Source: Eledone cirrhosa
Lineage: Eukaryota
Length of the DNA stretch: 64,000 nucleotides
Direction: 5' to 3'
NCBI GenBank assembly: GCA_964016885.1
Contig: OZ024748.1
Location: 19,716,001 to 19,780,000 of the forward strand
The notes beneath the pieces are model-generated. The model had not been told where the DNA came from. It did no database searches and was given only the letters and a program-made list of their open reading frames with translations. Positions 27,462 through 40,761 of the stretch are shown piece by piece. The position numbers and the translations under genes are program-made. Every line of letters starts with the position of its first letter. The stretch's first letter is position 1.

Positions 27462-27680
27462 CTGACTCTATCTGACGTTCTAACGACTCTGCCAAGTCTC
27501 CACCTGAACTTTGTATATACGAGATATAAATTGCATCTGCATTTCAGAACTTTAAGTGTCTATGTTGATGTTCAAGCAGTCATGAAAATATTTTATATTA
27601 TGTAAATCTAGGGATTAACTATAATATATAGAAATACGCATGGGAATATGTTTGGTAGATAAAATTATGTGCACACACAC

Positions 27681-27771
<91 letters not shown>

Positions 27772-27846
27772 CAGATTAATATATACATAAGTATATATAT
27801 ATATATATACATAATGTATATATACATTATATATATATATACATAT

Positions 27847-27922
<76 letters not shown>

Positions 27923-27949
27923 AGATACATTATATATATATACATATAT

Positions 27950-28781
<832 letters not shown>

Positions 28782-28896
28782 TATATAAACATAATGTTTA
28801 CATTTTAGATTATATACATATATGTTTCTCTGTGTGTATATATGTGAGTGTGTGAGAGTATTATGACATTTATATACACACACACACTCATATGTA

Positions 28897-28946
<50 letters not shown>

Positions 28947-29353
28947 CTTTCTTGTGTTTGAGAATATGTACTCTTTCAAATGGCGTGCATATTTTTGTTA
29001 AATGAATATATATATTATATATAATGACTTCTGTCATAACCCCACCCAACATCGAAATATAGGTAAACTCACCCTAGCCACGACCCACTTCACACAGCCG
29101 AACATACTCAGGGTTTTAATAATCATAGCACCCATATATGAATGAATAAATGCACTACAGTTATCGCCCTTAGTGTAGCCAACACGAAATAATTAACCAG
29201 ACCATGCTAACCCTTTAAAAGCATAATTACATCTTCAAGATGATGTCACATATTCACTCATCGTCGGTAAACATAGCTTTGACCACGAGGCATTCATGTC
29301 GTCAGACGGTGTACAATGTTCATTAGCTGTTTTGACTCTCAACTGTAACTCAC

Positions 29354-29448
29354 TCTCGCTGCTGGGCCAGATCAGCAGTGCTGGCTAAATTACTGATGAT
29401 CTTACTCCACTGGCCTTCAGCCCAACTGATCTCTCCTACTCCAAAGCC
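29354..29448 (-). CDS. Candidate exon (GFGVGEISWAEGQWSKIISNLASTADLAQQR)
   Basis: Acceptor tattcaag and consensus donor GA|gtgagt; only one frame open; no recognised homology. Confidence 0.3.
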
Positions 29449-29502
29449 CTTGAATAATACCAAGGAATCAGAGCCGTATGCGCAGTACATACAGAATGAA
29501 AC

Positions 29503-29576
<74 letters not shown>

Positions 29577-29742
29577 ATTCTGAGTTCAAATCCCGCCGAG
29601 GTTAACTTTGTATTTCATCCTTACGGGGTCGATAAAATAAAGTACCAGTAATGCACTGGGTAATTGCTGGCCTTGTGCGAAAAGTACAAACAATTAAATG
29701 AGGAAAATTAATTTTAAAAAAATTGTTCTATCATTTCCCTTG

Positions 29743-29794
<52 letters not shown>

Positions 29795-29799
<5 letters not shown>

Positions 29800-30120
29800 A
29801 ATGAATAATAACAGGTAGACATCATAAAAAGGTAGTTTATTCCGTGTGCTTACAAGTGTTTCCGCGGTGGTGCTGCAGCCTAGTTCCGCTACGTGCAAAT
29901 TCACAAGTATTTGCAGAACTCGAATATCCAATGCTGTGACCACTGTTTCCTCATTCTGCTCTGAGGAAACAGTGGTCACAGCATTGGATATTCGAGTTCT
30001 GCAAATACTTGTGAATTTGCACGTAGCGGAACTAGGCTGCAGCACCACCGCGGAAACACTTGTAAGCACACGGAATAAACTACCTTTTTATGATGTCTAC
30101 CTGTTATTATTCATTCTTTA
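29795..30120. repeat. Perfect palindrome, 159-bp arms, 8-nt spacer, in a TA-flanked element extending to 30263
   Basis: 29795-29953 is the reverse complement of 29962-30120; the ORF track shows the same peptide on both strands. Confidence 0.97.
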
Positions 30121-30260
30121 TATACACTCCGGAACACTGAAGGATCAGGAACTAAGTTTCTTGAACAATTCTTCCATAACTCGTAGAGTAACCTCTTACC
30201 GTACGTCAACCATATCCAGTGTAGTAATTAACCATCACTACATCTTGGATAATCCTATAC

Positions 30261-30348
<88 letters not shown>

Positions 30349-30525
30349 CATAAATGAGTCCCGGGTTCAATCCGGGGTAACCACAGTTATTAAGGTACTT
30401 AATGGGTTTCCTGATGATATCTTTTAAAAGAAACAGTTCCAGTCCTCTATATGTCATTTCTACATTAAACATGATATATATATATATATTGTTATACTTG
30501 GGGAGGCTCATATTGTTGTAATAAT

Positions 30526-30700
30526 TGTTTCTACTATTGGCACAAGGCCAGCAAATACCCAGTACATTACTGGTACTTTATTTTATCGACCCCGTAAGGA
30601 TGAAAGGCAAAGTTAACCTCGGCGGGATTTGAACTCAGAATGGCAAGGGCTGTAACTCTATGCGTCGAAGCATGGCGTCCGACCCTCTACCGATACTGCC
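30526..30700 (-). mobile_element. Dominant-family SINE with 9-bp TSD, nested in a TA-flanked repeat
   Basis: TGTAATAAT at 30517-30525 and 30701-30709; empty-site paralog at about 56047-56075. Confidence 0.9.
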
Positions 30701-31028
30701 TGTAATAATATTGCCAGAATTAATAACAGAACACACTCACTGTTTGATTGGTTTTTCGCTTCTGTATCTTTTATATCACTTAACTTAATTTATTCGGTGT
30801 GTGTGTGTATGTGTGTGTATGTGTGTGTATGTGTGTGTGTATGTGTGTGTGTGTGTGTATATATATATGTGTGTGTGTGTGTATACATAAATATAATTTA
30901 TTATATCATATAACCAGACGTAATCCTTGTATATTTTCCATGGCCATATAAATATGTTGTCGGATACACACACACACACACACATATTAACACACAAACA
31001 TATATATATATATATAGATGTATGTATG

Positions 31029-31073
<45 letters not shown>

Positions 31074-31591
31074 CTATGTATGTATGCACATATATATATA
31101 TGTCAATGCACCATATGTGTATATATTATAAAAGCAGAGGTAGTGGTTGCTTATTTTCCATAATCACATGGATATGATGTATATTTTATATGGGAGGTGA
31201 TTGTGACAACTTGCTACATCTGACACACAATCTACCTACCTCCACCCCTCTCTTCGCCCCACCCCACCTTCCGTTCCTAAATACCCCCCCCCCCCTTCCA
31301 TCCCTCTCCTCATATCTTCTCCCCTTCTTTATGGGTTACATGTCAATATATTGGTGGATTAATTAAGTCAGTAGACTGACATACCAAAATGTCTTGTGAG
31401 ATTTAACTTAGCTGTTGAAATTCCGCTGAGTTATCACCCCTGTGTGATTAATGCTTACAGTACCAGTGACGTAGTGAGGTCGTCTCTATATCACCAACTC
31501 TTCCTCTTCTTCTTCTTCTTGTTTTCACTCATGTGTTTTTGCGATTCTCTTAGGAGACATTTTTGTGTAATTAGCAAATCATAATGTGAAT

Positions 31592-32262
31592 AATTGTTTC
31601 TACTTATGGCACAAGACCAGTAATTATCCCAGTACATTGCTGGTACTTTATTTTATCAACCCTGTAAGGATGAAAGGCAAAGTTAACCTCGGCGTGATTT
31701 GAACACAGAACGAAAAGGGCCATAACTCTGTGTTGCAAACATGGTGTTTGCCGCTCTACCGATACAGCCGATCCACCACCAATTATAATGCAAATAATGG
31801 TTTCTGATTTAGGCATAAGGCCAGCAATTATTTTTGGTGGATAGAAGAAGGAAAGGTCGATTAAATCGACCCCAGTGTGTTACTGGTACTTTATTTTATC
31901 GACCCAGTAACGATCAAAGGCAAAGCTAACCTCTGTGCGATATGAGCTTAGAACATAAGGACCGTTACGCTAAGTGGCAAAGCATGTTTTCCGACGCTCT
32001 ACCGATTCGGACAATCTACCACCCACAATATCAGATGAAATAAGAGTTTCTGATTTAGGCACAAGGCCAACAATTTTAGAGGAGAAGAAAGTTAATTAAA
32101 TCGACCCCAGTGTTTTACTGGTACTTTAATTTAACGACCCCGTAAGGATGAAATGCAAAGATAAGCTCGGCGGAATTTGAACCTAGATCGTAAAAAGGAC
32201 GTAACTACATTGCGCGAAGCATGTTGTTCAACGCTTTACTGATTGCAGCCAATCCACTGCTC
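31592..32262 (-). mobile_element. Three tandem dominant-family SINEs
   Basis: CTGGTACTTTA...ATTTGAAC-type motifs repeated three times. Confidence 0.85.
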
Positions 32263-32410
32263 TTAGTGTAAATAAGGATGGGTTTTCCGTCGATTTAGAC
32301 GATGGACATTCAATTGTTTAATCAATTAAACATCTACCTCGTGTTACTAGTTACATGTAAACGCCTTCTGTATTTAATAGACACGTGTATCCTAAACATT
32401 ATTAATTGCC

Positions 32411-32411
<1 letters not shown>

Positions 32412-32458
<47 letters not shown>

Positions 32459-32478
32459 CAGCAGCAGCAGCAGCAGTG

Positions 32479-32521
<43 letters not shown>

Positions 32522-32550
32522 CAGCAGCAGCAGCAGCAGCAGCAGCAGTG

Positions 32551-32617
<67 letters not shown>

Positions 32618-32622
32618 CAGCA
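32412..32622. repeat. Compound (AGT)n/(AGC)n microsatellite
   Basis: Direct reading; explains the poly-S/V/T/L ORFs. Confidence 0.95.
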
Positions 32623-32737
32623 GGGGTAGGAGGGGGATGGGGAGGGGGAATACAATACATACTGTGCTGAATTCTAATGAGAAATTTAAAATTAATGACA
32701 TTATGTTAATATTCCATGACAGATGCTGCCAAAATAA

Positions 32738-32790
<53 letters not shown>

Positions 32791-32791
<1 letters not shown>

Positions 32792-33897
32792 CACATGATT
32801 GGATGATCAAACTCGTTTTGAAACACGAAAGCACCAAAAGATCATATTCCATTACAAAAGATGCACAAAGATACAGTAATGGACTACAAATTTCAGAAGT
32901 CCCATTTACTGCTGAAATGGAAAACACAGAAAAAGCAAAGCAGGTAAAAGTAACTGCAAAGAAAGAACTGCTACAGAAACTGGCTAAGAAATGGCAAGAA
33001 AAGCCTCTGTATGGAAAATACCCAGAGCGAGCTAACAATCCTGATGTTGACAAAACTTTAACCCATCAGTGGTTGGCATCCTCTGGACTGAAATCGGAGA
33101 CTGAAGGACTGATTATATCCGCACAAGATCAGTGTCTGCCAACAAAAAATTACCAAGCCAACATAATAAAAAATGGGTGCAGCCCATTATGCCGTGTATG
33201 CAAAAAACAACCAGAGACCATTGACCATATAATTTCAATGTGCAGTCCTATAGCTCCAACCGAATACCTAAACAGGCATGACAGAGCTGCACAATACATA
33301 CATTGGATAATGTGCAAGCATTTTGACCTGCCCCATCAAAAGAATTGGTGGGAGCATCAACCACCTCCCATACTTGAAAAAGATCACATCTCAATCTTGT
33401 GGAACTTTAGCATCCAAACAGACCGAAAAATAGATGCAAATAGACCTGATATAATATTGAAGGACTTTCAAAGGAGGGTATGCCTGCTAATTGATATGTC
33501 CGTTCCAATAGACAAGAATGTATCTATAAAAACATTTGAAAAATTGAGCAAGTATAAGGACCTGGAGATAGAAATTGGAAAAATGTGGAAATTGAGAACT
33601 AAAACAATACCAGTGGTTGTAGGCGCTCTGGGAATGATACCTAAGGGGTCTAACGACTACTTATCGCAAATCCCAGGAAACCCGCGTATAGGAGAAATAC
33701 AAAAGATAGTACTAATGGGAACTGCCCATATACTAAGGAAGATCCTGTCAATATAAGTACATCACAAGTCTAAACACTAAGGATGCATGTGTGAATATGT
33801 GTGTTCTTTCTTGAACATGGCGGACCTTGTTGTCTCTTGAGGTCACTGGTTGTGACTTGGTGATAACTCGTATAAACATAAAGCAAGATAAATGCAA
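32791..33897 (+). mobile_element. 5'-truncated R4/Dong-clade non-LTR retrotransposon inserted in (TAA)n
   Basis: (TAA)n on both sides (32735-32790 and 33898-33917); RLE-type ORF plus ~140-nt 3' UTR; Dong elements are established TAA-repeat targeters. Confidence 0.9.
32803..33756 (+). CDS. C-terminal part of an RLE LINE protein: CCHC zinc knuckle plus PD-(D/E)xK endonuclease (RT domain absent)
   Basis: AQDQCLPT, CRVCKKQPETIDHIISMC, RHD, RPDIILKD, LLIDMSVP, KLSKYKDL, PVVVGALG motifs; uninterrupted for 317 aa. Confidence 0.9.
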   Translation: MIKLVLKHESTKRSYSITKDAQRYSNGLQISEVPFTAEMENTEKAKQVKVTAKKELLQKLAKKWQEKPLYGKYPERANNPDVDKTLTHQWLASSGLKSETEGLIISAQDQCLPTKNYQANIIKNGCSPLCRVCKKQPETIDHIISMCSPIAPTEYLNRHDRAAQYIHWIMCKHFDLPHQKNWWEHQPPPILEKDHISILWNFSIQTDRKIDANRPDIILKDFQRRVCLLIDMSVPIDKNVSIKTFEKLSKYKDLEIEIGKMWKLRTKTIPVVVGALGMIPKGSNDYLSQIPGNPRIGEIQKIVLMGTAHILRKILSI

Positions 33898-33917
33898 ATA
33901 ATAATAATAATAATAAT

Positions 33918-34012
33918 GATTTCTTTATTGGCCACAAGGGCTGACATCAAGAAAAAACATTATAGACGGCACAAGACGGTACAGGACGGTACGATGTGGG
34001 TTTTGTGCGTGT
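33918..34012 (-). mobile_element. Tx1/L1-like LINE 3' UTR end
   Basis: Reverse complement resembles 16405-16482 (GTACCGTCCTGTA...CCCTTGTGG..AATAAAGAAA). Confidence 0.6.
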
Positions 34013-34081
34013 AAATATTTTTATTATTTATATAAGAAAAGAAAAAAAAAAGGACATAGAAACATATATATATATAAACAA

Positions 34082-34249
34082 ATAATTGTTTCTACTTTTG
34101 GCACAAGGCCAGCAATTACCCAGTGCATTACTGGTACTTTATTTTATCGACCCCGTAAGGATGAAAGGCAAAGTCAACCTCGGCGGAATTTGAACTCAGA
34201 TCGTTAAGGGACGTAACTATGCTGGAAAGCATGGCGTCCGACCCTCTAC
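34082..34249 (-). mobile_element. Dominant-family SINE
   Basis: Family motifs on the reverse strand. Confidence 0.85.
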
Positions 34250-34284
34250 AGAGAGTCACTTCAGTTAGAGTCACTACATCTCCA

Positions 34285-34930
34285 AATTGAGAGATCACAG
34301 CTCCGATACTATGGGCATGTGGTTAGAATGTCTTAGGAAAGAATCTCGGAATTGAGAGATCACAGCTCCGATACTATAGGCATGTGGTTAGAATGTCTTA
34401 GGAAAGAATCTCGGAATTGAGAGATCACAGCTCCGATACTATAGGCATGTGGTTAGAATGTCTTAGGAAAGAATCTCGGAATTGAGAGATCACAGCTCCG
34501 ATACTATAGGCATGTGGTTAGAATGTCTTAGGAAAGAATCTCGGAATTGAGAGATCACAGCTCCGATACTATAGGCATGTGGTTAGAATGTCTTAGGAAA
34601 GAATCTCGGAATTGAGAGATCACAGCTCCGATACTATGGGCATGTGGTTAGAATGTCTTAGGAAAGAATCTCGGAATTGAGAGATCACAGCTCCGATACT
34701 ATGGGCATGTGGTTAGAATGTCTTAGGAAAGAATCTCGGAATTGAGAGATCACAGCTCCGATACTATGGGCATGTGGTTAGAATGTCTTAGGAAAGAATC
34801 TCGGAATTGAGAGATCACAGCTCCGATACTATGGGCATGTGGTTAGAATGTCTTAGGAAAGAATCTCGGAATTGAGAGATCACAGCTCCAATACTATGGG
34901 CATGTGGTTAGAATGTCTCAGGAAAGAATC
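34285..34930 (+). repeat. 65-bp tandem array (10 copies) derived from an RTE LINE coding fragment
   Basis: Unit starts at 34285, 34350 and on to 34870; flank + unit + flank translate to LQIERSQLRYYGHVVRMSQERIVGQILRAKPTCRRP. Confidence 0.9.
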
Positions 34931-34984
34931 GTTGGACAGATTTTACGGGCAAAACCAACCTGCAGGAGACCCAAGTGTTCACGC

Positions 34985-35300
34985 ATCAACCAACAGTTAA
35001 AGGGTTAATTTATCAGCCACCAGTCAAAAGGTTAAGCCACAAATCACCAGTCATAGGGTTAAATCTACCAGCCACCAATCAAAGGATTAATCTATCAATC
35101 ATAGGGTTAATTCACCAGCCTTCAACTTCAGGGTAAAGTTACACACCATCATTCATAGGGTTCCTCTATCAACCAACAGCTAAAGGGTTAATTCACCATC
35201 CACCAATTAAAGGGTTAATTTATCAGCCACCAGTTAAAAGGTTAATTTATCAGCCACCAGTCAAAGGGTTAACCCAGCAGCCATCAACTTCAGCGTTAAT
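34985..35300. repeat. Degenerate ~27-bp minisatellite (AAAGGGTTAATTTATCAGCCACCAGTC)
   Basis: About 11 imperfect copies. Confidence 0.75.
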
Positions 35301-35509
35301 CCAACATTTATGATGGTTATTTGAAACATTTTAAGAGTGTTTTAAATCGTTTACACATCATCTACCTTGTAAGCGCATGTACGATTTGACACAAAATATA
35401 AATTTAGTGCAAAGCAGGGGTCAACAGTACGTTAAACTAGACCCTGTTGATAACTAATGACTTTGGTGCCTTTGGGAAATTTATTGCACCCCAGTAAGTC
35501 AACACTCAC

Positions 35510-35611
35510 CTTTCTCCATGTTTCCTCTGTTTCAACTAATATATATTTAGATGGTGTTTGAACTATGGTTAGAGTGAGAGGTAACGTCTGCTGTATTATT
35601 ACGACTGTTGA
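35510..35611 (-). CDS. Weak candidate exon (STVVIIQQTLPLTLTIVQTPSKYILVETEETWRK)
   Basis: ctacttcag acceptor and consensus AAG|gtgagt donor; 102 nt open; phase-compatible with 29354-29448. Confidence 0.2.
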
Positions 35612-35926
35612 CTGAAGTAGTCTTGAGAAACGCCTTCCCTACCTTGTGTAGTTCTTTCATACATTCTTGATAAATTCTTCAGCTTATCTTAGCTTTCATC
35701 ACACTGAGCAGTTATGTTTTCTCAGATGATTTTCAACCGCAGGTTTTGTTCCATAGGAGGATTTACATCAACACTGTAAATTAATTACAATGTGAAATTA
35801 ATATGGTGAGGGCTTGGTTTCATACACTGATATAGTGTAGTATATTGATATATCGCACTGTACAGTATATTACAGCCGTCACTCGAAATCGAGTATGATT
35901 TCGTGTAAGTACTATGCTTTCGTTAA

Positions 35927-36158
35927 CCTTTTAGCATTTACAATGCACTATATATACACTATTATGTTTTCGCGGTAAATGCTTTATCTCACATAATATC
36001 TCACATAATATCGAATCTATGAGATTTTGATATTATTGATTTTGAGAACAAAACCTTAACATTAGTATGAGTAACCAGTTACGGCCAGTTGGAACAGAAA
36101 GAGGTGAGAGAATTCTGACCGGATACAACCGGATACAACCGGTTTAAATGCTAAAGGG
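35927..36158. mobile_element. piggyBac-type MITE
   Basis: TTAA on both sides; TIRs CCTTTTAGCATTTA / TAAATGCTAAAGGG (13 of 14 match). Confidence 0.8.
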
Positions 36159-36829
36159 TTAAATGATTTTAGGTGGTCTTGCAGTCACGAACAGACACAG
36201 ATACCTGTTCCATCCTTCGTTCCTCCTTGGATCTAGCGGAATATAATGGATGTTCCGCTAGATCCAGGGAGTTAGGATCAGCTAGAAGGAGGGAGGGGCT
36301 GTACCAGCAATGAGCAATGTGCTAGTACTTTCTTTGTCGACATTGAACGGATGAAAAGCAAAGTGGACACCGCGGCGGGATTTGAATTCAGAAGAGCGGG
36401 GCCTGAAAACAAAACCCAAAGCTTTAACGAATCTACCAAATCGACCGCCTTATTGTACTATATTGAACTTACTTAAGACTTAGAAGCTCCCGCGTCTTAA
36501 GAGGCATGAGGCTGCCAAAGTGCTCCAATTACCACGGTCAGTTGTATCTATCACTACATCGTACCAGCATTTGTCGACGGTTTTCAGGTCTCTGTCGATT
36601 TTTTTGTAGTGTGAGGTGCTGTATAAGGTTTGACTTGTTTTGCTTCCACTACTTAGAGGGAAGAGCAAAGTTTGTTACGTTTTCAAACTATCTAAAACTG
36701 TAGTGGTGTTGGTGGCGATGCAATGTGTGCTCAGCTTCCTGCAGACAAAACGTGAGTAGATGTGTTAGTGTAGATTGTTTAGGGTGTAAAGGGAGTTTAG
36801 TTGTGGTGTCTCTACTTCACTACATTTCA

Positions 36830-37030
36830 AGGTGGTAGAATGGTGGAACCATGATTGGGTCGGATGAAACAGATTGAAGTATTTTATTACGGCCCTCTAC
36901 GTTCAAAGTTCAAATCCCACCGAGGTCAACTTTGCCTTTCGTCCTTCCGGTTTCGATAACATTAAGTACCAGTAAAGTGCTGGGATCGATATAATTGACT
37001 TTCTCCTCCTATTACATTTGCTGGTCTTGT
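36830..37030 (+). mobile_element. Diverged dominant-family SINE (another diverged copy on minus at 36322-36450)
   Basis: GTTCAAATCC B-box and GCCTTTCGTCCTTCCGGTTTCGATAA. Confidence 0.7.
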
Positions 37031-37089
37031 ATCTGATGGGCGTGTCTACTGGTCTTGTGTCTGATGGGCGTGTCGATGGGTGTATAATA

Positions 37090-40000
37090 GGTGTGTCTAC
37101 TGAAACCAGTGTGTCGTAGGTGTGTCTACAGAAATTGGTGTGTAGTAGGTGTGTCTACTGAAATCGGTGTGTAGTAGGTGTGTCTACTGAAATCGGTGTG
37201 TAGTAGGTGTGTCTACTGAAATCGGTGTGTAGTAGGTGTGTCTACAGAAATTGGTGTGTAGTAGGTGTGTCTAGTGAAACCAGTGTGTCGTAGGTATGTC
37301 TACAGAAATTGGTGTGTAGTAAGTGTGTCTACTGAAATCGGTGTGTAGTAGGTGTGTCTACTGAAATCGGTGTGTAGTAGGTGTGTCTACTGAAATCGGT
37401 GTGTAGTAGGTGTGTCTACTGAAATCGGTGTGTCGTAAGTGTGTCTACTGAAATCGGTGTGTAGTAGGTGTGTCTAGTGAAACCAGTGTGTCGTAGGTGT
37501 GTCTACTGAAATTGGTGTGTAGTAGGTGTGTCTAGTGAAACCAGTGTGTCGTAGGTGTGTCTACAGAAATTGGTGTGTAGTAGGTGTGTCTAGTGAAACC
37601 AGTGTGTCGTAGGTGTGTCTACTGAAATTGGTGTGTAGTAGGTGTGTCTACTGAAATCGGTGTGTCGTAAGTGTGTCTACTGAAATCGGTGTGTAGTAGG
37701 TGTGTCTACTGAAATTGGTGTGTAGTAGGTGTGTCTACTGAAATCGGTGTGTAGTAGGTGTGTCTACAGAAATTGGTATGTAGTAGGTGTGTCTACAGAA
37801 ATTGGTGTGTAGTAGGTGTGTCTACTGAAATCGGTGTGTAGTAGGTGTGTCTAGTGAAACCAGTGTGTCGTAGGTGTGTCTACAGAAATTGGTGTGTAGT
37901 AGGTGTGTCTACAGAAATTGGTGTGTAGTAGGTGTGTCTACTGAAATCGGTGTGTAGTAGGTGTGTCTACTGAAATCGGTGTGTAGTAGGTGTGTCTACA
38001 GAAATTGGTGTGTAGTAGGTGTGTCTAGTGAAACCAGTGTGTCGTAGGTGTGTCTACAGAAATTGGTGTGTAGTAGGTGTGTCTACTGAAATCGGTGTGT
38101 AGTAGGTGTGTCTACTGAAATCGGTGTGTAGTAGGTGTGTCTACTGAAATCGGTGTGTAGTAGGTGTGTCTACTGAAATTGGTGTGTAGTAGGTGTGTCT
38201 ACAGAAATTGGTGTGTAGTAGGTGTGTCTAGTGAAACCAGTGTGTCGTAGGTGTGTCTACTGAAATCGGTGTGTAGTAGGTGTGTCTACTGAAATCGGTG
38301 TGTAGTAGGTGTGTCTACTGAAATCGGTGTGTAGTAGGTGTGTCTACTGAAATCGGTGTGTAGTAGGTGTGTCTACTGAAATCGGTGTGTAGTAGGTGTG
38401 TCTACTGAAATTGGTGTGTAGTAGGTGTGTCTACTGAAATCGGTGTGTAGTAGGTGTGTCTACTGAAATTGGTGTGTAGTAGGTGTGTCTACAGAAATTG
38501 GTGTGTAGTAGGTGTGTCTACTGAAATCGGTGTGTAGTAGGTGTGTCTACTGAAATCGGTGTGTAGTAGGTGTGTCTACTGAAATCGGTGTGTAGTAGGT
38601 GTGTCTACTGAAATCGGTGTGTAGTAAGTGTGTCTACAGAAATCGGTGTGTAGTAGGTGTGTCTACTGAAATTGGTGTGTAGTAGGTGTGTCTACTGAAA
38701 TCGGTGTGTAGTAGGTGTGTCTACTGAAATTGGTGTGTAGTAGGTGTGTCTACTGAAATCGGTGTGTCGTAAGTGTGTCTACTGAAATCGGTGTGTAGTA
38801 GGTGTGTCTACTGAAATTGGTGTGTAGTAGGTGTGTCTACTGAAATCGGTGTGTAGTAGGTGTGTCTACAGAAATTGGTATGTAGTAGGTGTGTCTACAG
38901 AAATTGGTGTGTAGTAGGTGTGTCTACTGAAATCGGTGTGTAGTAGGTGTGTCTAGTGAAACCAGTGTGTCGTAGGTGTGTCTACAGAAATTGGTGTGTA
39001 GTAGGTGTGTCTATAGAAATTGGTGTGTAGTAGGTGTGTCTACTGAAATCGGTGTGTAGTAGGTGTGTCTACTGAAATCGGTGTGTAGTAGGTGTGTCTA
39101 CAGAAATTGGTGTGTAGTAGGTGTGTCTAGTGAAACCAGTGTGTCGTAGGTGTGTCTACAGAAATTGGTGTGTAGTAGGTGTGTCTACTGAAATCGGTGT
39201 GTAGTAGGTGTGTCTACTGAAATCGGTGTGTAGTAGGTGTGTCTACTGAAATCGGTGTGTAGTAGGTGTGTCTACTGAAATTGGTGTGTAGTAGGTGTGT
39301 CTACAGAAATTGGTGTGTAGTAGGTGTGTCTAGTGAAACCAGTGTGTCGTAGGTGTGTCTACTGAAATCGGTGTGTAGTAGGTGTGTCTACTGAAATCGG
39401 TGTGTAGTAGGTGTGTCTACTGAAATCGGTGTGTAGTAGGTGTGTCTACTGAAATCGGTGTGTAGTAGGTGTGTCTACTGAAATTGGTGTGTAGTAGGTG
39501 TGTCTACTGAAATCGGTGTGTAGTAGGTGTGTCTACTGAAATTGGTGTGTAGTAGGTGTGTCTACAGAAATTGGTGTGTAGTAGGTGTGTCTACTGAAAT
39601 CGGTGTGTAGTAGGTGTGTCTACTGAAATCGGTGTGTAGTAGGTGTGTCTACTGAAATCGGTGTGTAGTAGGTGTGTCTACTGAAATCGGTGTGTAGTAA
39701 GTGTGTCTACAGAAATCGGTGTGTAGTAGGTGTGTCTACTGAAATTGGTGTGTAGTAGGTGTGTCTACTGAAATCGGTGTGTAGTAGGTGTGTCTACTGA
39801 AATTGGTGTGTAGTAGGTGTGTCTACTGAAATCGGTGTGTAGTAGGTGTGTCTACTGAAATTGGTGTGTAGTAGGTGTGTCTACTGAAATCGGTGTGTAG
39901 TAGGTGTGTCTACTGAAATCGGTGTGTAGTAGGTGTGTCTACTGAAATTGGTGTGTAGTAGGTGTGTCTACTGAAATCGGTGTGTAGTAAGTGTGTCTAC

Positions 40001-40761
40001 TGAAATCGGTGTGTAGTAGGTGTGTCTACTGAAATCGGTGTGTAGTAGGTGTGTCTACTGAAATTGGTGTGTAGTAGGTGTGTCTACTGAAATCGGTGTG
40101 TAGTAAGTGTGTCTACTGAAATCGGTGTGTAGTAGGTGTGTCTACTGAAATTGGTGTGTAGTAGGTGTGTCTACTGAAATCGGTGTGTAGTAAGTGTGTC
40201 TACAGAAATCGGTGTGTAGTAGGTGTGTCTACTGAAATTGGTGTGTAGTAGGTGTGTCTACTGAAATCGGTGTGTAGTAGGTGTGTCTACTGAAATTGGT
40301 GTGTAGCAGGTGTGTCTACTGAAATCGGTGTGTAGTAGGTGTGTCTACTGAAATTGGTGTGTAGTAGGTGTGTCTACTGAAATCGGTGTGTAGTAGGTGT
40401 GTCTACTGAAATCGGTGTGTAGTAGGTGTGTCTACTGAAATTGGTGTGTAGTAGGTGTGTCTACTGAAATCGGTGTGTAGTAAGTGTGTCTACTGAAATC
40501 GGTGTGTAGTAGGTGTGTCTACTGAAATCGGTGTGTAGTAGGTGTGTCTACTGAAATTGGTGTGTAGTAGGTGTGTCTACTGAAATCGGTGTGTAGTAAG
40601 TGTGTCTACTGAAATCGGTGTGTAGTAGGTGTGTCTACTGAAATTGGTGTGTAGTAGGTGTGTCTACTGAAATCGGTGTGTAGTAGGTGTGTCTACTGAA
40701 ATTGGTGTGTAGTAGGTGTATCTACTGAAATCGGTGTGTAGTAAGTGTGTCTACTGAAATC
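37090..40761. repeat. 29-bp satellite, about 126 copies, with degenerate flanks to about 41060
   Basis: ACTGAAATYGGTGTGTAGTAGGTGTGTCT; period 29 (37157 to 37186). Confidence 0.97.

Noticed and set aside
29846-30427. 193-aa ORF
   Set aside because: Spans the palindrome and a TA tract; the same peptide on both strands is a symmetry effect
36229-36267. 14-bp-stem hairpin as a terminator or miRNA
   Set aside because: Too short for a pre-miRNA, and intrinsic terminators are not relevant in this context
37090-40761. 29-bp array as a CRISPR array or telomeric tract
   Set aside because: No spacers, and the unit is not a telomere repeat such as TTAGGG
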